A DNA stretch of 44,440 bases, from the NCBI GenBank assembly GCA_035450765.1, contig DAOTNL010000002.1:1-44440 (forward strand). Reading direction: 5' to 3'. Of the stretch, positions 42,536-44,440 are shown piece by piece. Within the stretch, counting starts at the first letter, position 1. The number at the start of each line of letters is the position of its first letter. The notes beneath the pieces were generated by a model. That model saw nothing but the letters and a program-made list of their open reading frames with translations, searched no databases and was not told where the DNA came from. The position numbers and the translations under genes were made by a program. The DNA comes from Kiritimatiellia bacterium. Its GTDB lineage: Bacteria; Verrucomicrobiota; Kiritimatiellia; CAIQIC01; Lenti-01.

Positions 42536-44440
42536 GGCCGTCCCCCTCCGGCCGACAAGCGGATGGCTTGCTGCCCGCATCCGGCCACGTGGCATTCCAG
42601 GAATCCGTCCGCACCCGGACCGGCCGTTTCGACGTAGAACGTCGCCTGGCCCGCGTGCACCGGCGCCGTCTCGCCGCCGACCAGCGACGCCCGCGCGCCG
42701 GCCGGCAACCGAACCACCGCCTCGCCTTCGAAACCCAGCACCGACGCGCCGCGTTCGTCCGCGACCTGCAACAAGCACCGGAACAGATTCGGCGCCAGCG
42801 CATCGACGCGCACGGAAAATCCGGCCGGTTCGCCCCACGGTTCCAGGGCCGCTTCGACGCCGGCGCCGACGAACCGGATCGGGCCGCCGTCGAAATCGAC
42901 GTCGACTTCGATCCAGCCCGGTTCCGGCACCGGGAGAAGTTCGCTCGCGCCGGAAGCGCGGATCATCCGGACTTCGCGGGCGTTGGTCGCCACGTACAGG
43001 CGCCGGCGGAGACCCGCGCCGAACGACCAGTCGCCGCGCACGCCCAGGAACGGTTCCTGGCGATGCCGGGCCCGCGCCCAGTCCGCCGCCAGCTTGGGCG
43101 CGCGCCAGCCGTCCACGACCCCGCACTCGCGGAACCAGCGTTGCCGCCGCGGCGTGGCGTAGTCCGCGAAGCTCCAGAGCGCCCAGCCGGCGGCGCCCGG
43201 ACCGGCGGTTTCGGTCCGCCGCGCGGCGTCCCGCATCAAGGCCGCCTGCTGGGCTTCCGCGGCCCAATGCCCGCGCCGGGCGTAGGGCAGATTGGCGCAC
43301 TCGGACACCACCGAGCAGCCGGTCGGCGCGGCCGACCGGGCGAAATCCAGTTCCTCGAATTCGTAGTTGAGCCCCCACACGTCGGTCAGGCCGGCCGTTT
43401 TCTTCCGGCGCGCGCGGCGGGCGTGGTTTTCGGCGTAGATGGTCGGCCGCGACGGATCCAGGTCGCGCGCCAGCGCCCGCAGGCGCAGATAGGCGCCGCG
43501 GTGGCGGCCTTCGTTGCCCAAGCCCCACAGGATGATCGCCGGATGGTGCCGGTCGCGGCGGATCATGCGCGCGAGCTGGCGTTCGGCGGCGCGCAGCCAG
43601 CGGCCGCCGGCGACGCTCTTCCACGAGCACAATTCCGCATAGACCAGCAGTCCGAGCCGATCGCACGCGTCGAGGAACGCCGGCGACTGCGGATAGTGCG
43701 CCAGGCGCACGAAATTGAAGCCCAGCTCCTTGATGAGCCGTGCGTCTTCCGCGTGCAGCGCCGGCGGCAGCGCGAATCCGAAGCCCGGCAGGTTTTCATG
43801 CCGGTTCACGCCGCGCAGCAAAAGCGGCTTACCGTTCAGCACGAAACCCCGCTGCGGATCGAATTCCGCGGTGCGCAGGCCAAACCTCCAGAAAATCCGG
43901 TCGACGACTTCCGCGCCGCAGCGCAACGTGGCTTCGGCTTCGTACAGAACGGGCGTTTCCGGACTCCAGAACTGCGGCGCGGGAATCGCGCAGCGGATTT
44001 CCCGCCGCGCGATTTCGCCGGGCGGCAAGGCGACGTCCACCGGAGCCGGTTCGGCCACGGTCCGGCCCGCCGGATCCCGGACGGCAACTTGCAGGGACAG
44101 CGCGGCGCAGGGGCCGTCGCAGTTCGTCAAACTGACGTCGATGCGGACGGCACCGGCCGCGGCGTCTTCCAGCGTCGCCCGGCAGTCGCGCCGCAACAGC
44201 CGCGCGCGCGGCAAGACGGCCAGATGCAGCCCGCCGCCCAAGCCGCCGTAGAGATGAAAATCGGGATCGCGGATGCCGGGCAGGACCGCGCGGGAATAGC
44301 GGTTGCAAACCTGGATCACGAGGCGGTTGGTTCCGGCACGCAGCGCCTCCGCGACATCCAGATCGAACCCCAAATAATCGCCGTTGAAGCGGCCGATGGA
44401 CCGGCCGTTAAGCCATGCGCGGCCAACGCCGTAGAATCCG
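42532..44440 (-). CDS. Glycoside hydrolase family 2 (beta-galactosidase/glucuronidase-like), N-terminus outside the window
   Basis: The frame stays open to the window end (own translation: ...NGRSIGRFNGDYLGFDLDVAEALRAGTNRLVIQV). Contains GVNRHE and WGLGNEG. Confidence 0.85.
   Translation of the reverse strand, partial: GFYGVGRAWLNGRSIGRFNGDYLGFDLDVAEALRAGTNRLVIQVCNRYSRAVLPGIRDPDFHLYGGLGGGLHLAVLPRARLLRRDCRATLEDAAAGAVRIDVSLTNCDGPCAALSLQVAVRDPAGRTVAEPAPVDVALPPGEIARREIRCAIPAPQFWSPETPVLYEAEATLRCGAEVVDRIFWRFGLRTAEFDPQRGFVLNGKPLLLRGVNRHENLPGFGFALPPALHAEDARLIKELGFNFVRLAHYPQSPAFLDACDRLGLLVYAELCSWKSVAGGRWLRAAERQLARMIRRDRHHPAIILWGLGNEGRHRGAYLRLRALARDLDPSRPTIYAENHARRARRKKTAGLTDVWGLNYEFEELDFARSAAPTGCSVVSECANLPYARRGHWAAEAQQAALMRDAARRTETAGPGAAGWALWSFADYATPRRQRWFRECGVVDGWRAPKLAADWARARHRQEPFLGVRGDWSFGAGLRRRLYVATNAREVRMIRASGASELLPVPEPGWIEVDVDFDGGPIRFVGAGVEAALEPWGEPAGFSVRVDALAPNLFRCLLQVADERGASVLGFEGEAVVRLPAGARASLVGGETAPVHAGQATFYVETAGPGADGFLECHVAGCGQQAIRLSAGGGRP

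Noticed and set aside
1-44440. A search by eye for CRISPR repeats, IS/transposase or integrase genes, prophage genes, toxin-antitoxin pairs and known defence-system genes
   Set aside because: None were recognised. The only repeat-like elements are the short ones reported above. The MazG-like and NUDIX genes look like ordinary house-cleaning enzymes in housekeeping contexts.

Overview
Dense bacterial chromosomal segment, roughly 70% G+C by eye. I call 44 protein-coding genes, two of them cut by the window edges. I found no rRNA, tRNA, CRISPR array, transposase, integrase or phage genes by eye. Many ORF-track entries are long R/A/G/P-rich shadow ORFs, antisense or in alternative frames of real genes, as expected at this G+C. 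Many real genes had to be trimmed to an internal start carrying a signal peptide, an RBS or an ATGA stop/start overlap. Coordinates of non-CDS features were obtained by counting from ORF-track boundaries. Most content is housekeeping or envelope: lpxD, two lpxL-family acyltransferases, skp, murJ, nth, accA, purB, folE, rpsT, rubrerythrin, ferredoxin, Usp, an MFS transporter and a GH2/GT4/TatD/ROK/patatin gene string. Lineage (inference only): a prepilin-type H-X9-DG protein, a Gloeo_Verruco-like repeat propeller, a DUF2723 GT-C glycosyltransferase and a TIGR03790-like protein, together with LPS genes and anaerobe-type redox genes, suggest a diderm PVC-superphylum-like organism. The most interesting items are: (1) an ECF sigma/anti-sigma operon (1..6857) followed by four exported proteins sharing a CsgG/LpoB-like module, preceded by paired TTACGT-N3-ACGTAA palindromes; (2) a translationally coupled module (11402..16209) of an ATPase-less ABC-exporter-like membrane domain, a pseudopilin, a seven-bladed exported propeller, a 64-aa protein and a cytoplasmic Asp-box propeller; (3) a ~97-bp nested palindromic element inserted in frame in a tatD-family gene (40913..41009); (4) a Hanks-type kinase whose canonical beta3 lysine is Arg, with a Lys in the Gly-rich loop; (5) tandem ATTCTGA heptamers directly upstream of an orphan hydrogenase maturation protease. 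I did not recognise any canonical defence, secretion or biosynthetic system. None of the candidate systems can be given a function from sequence alone.
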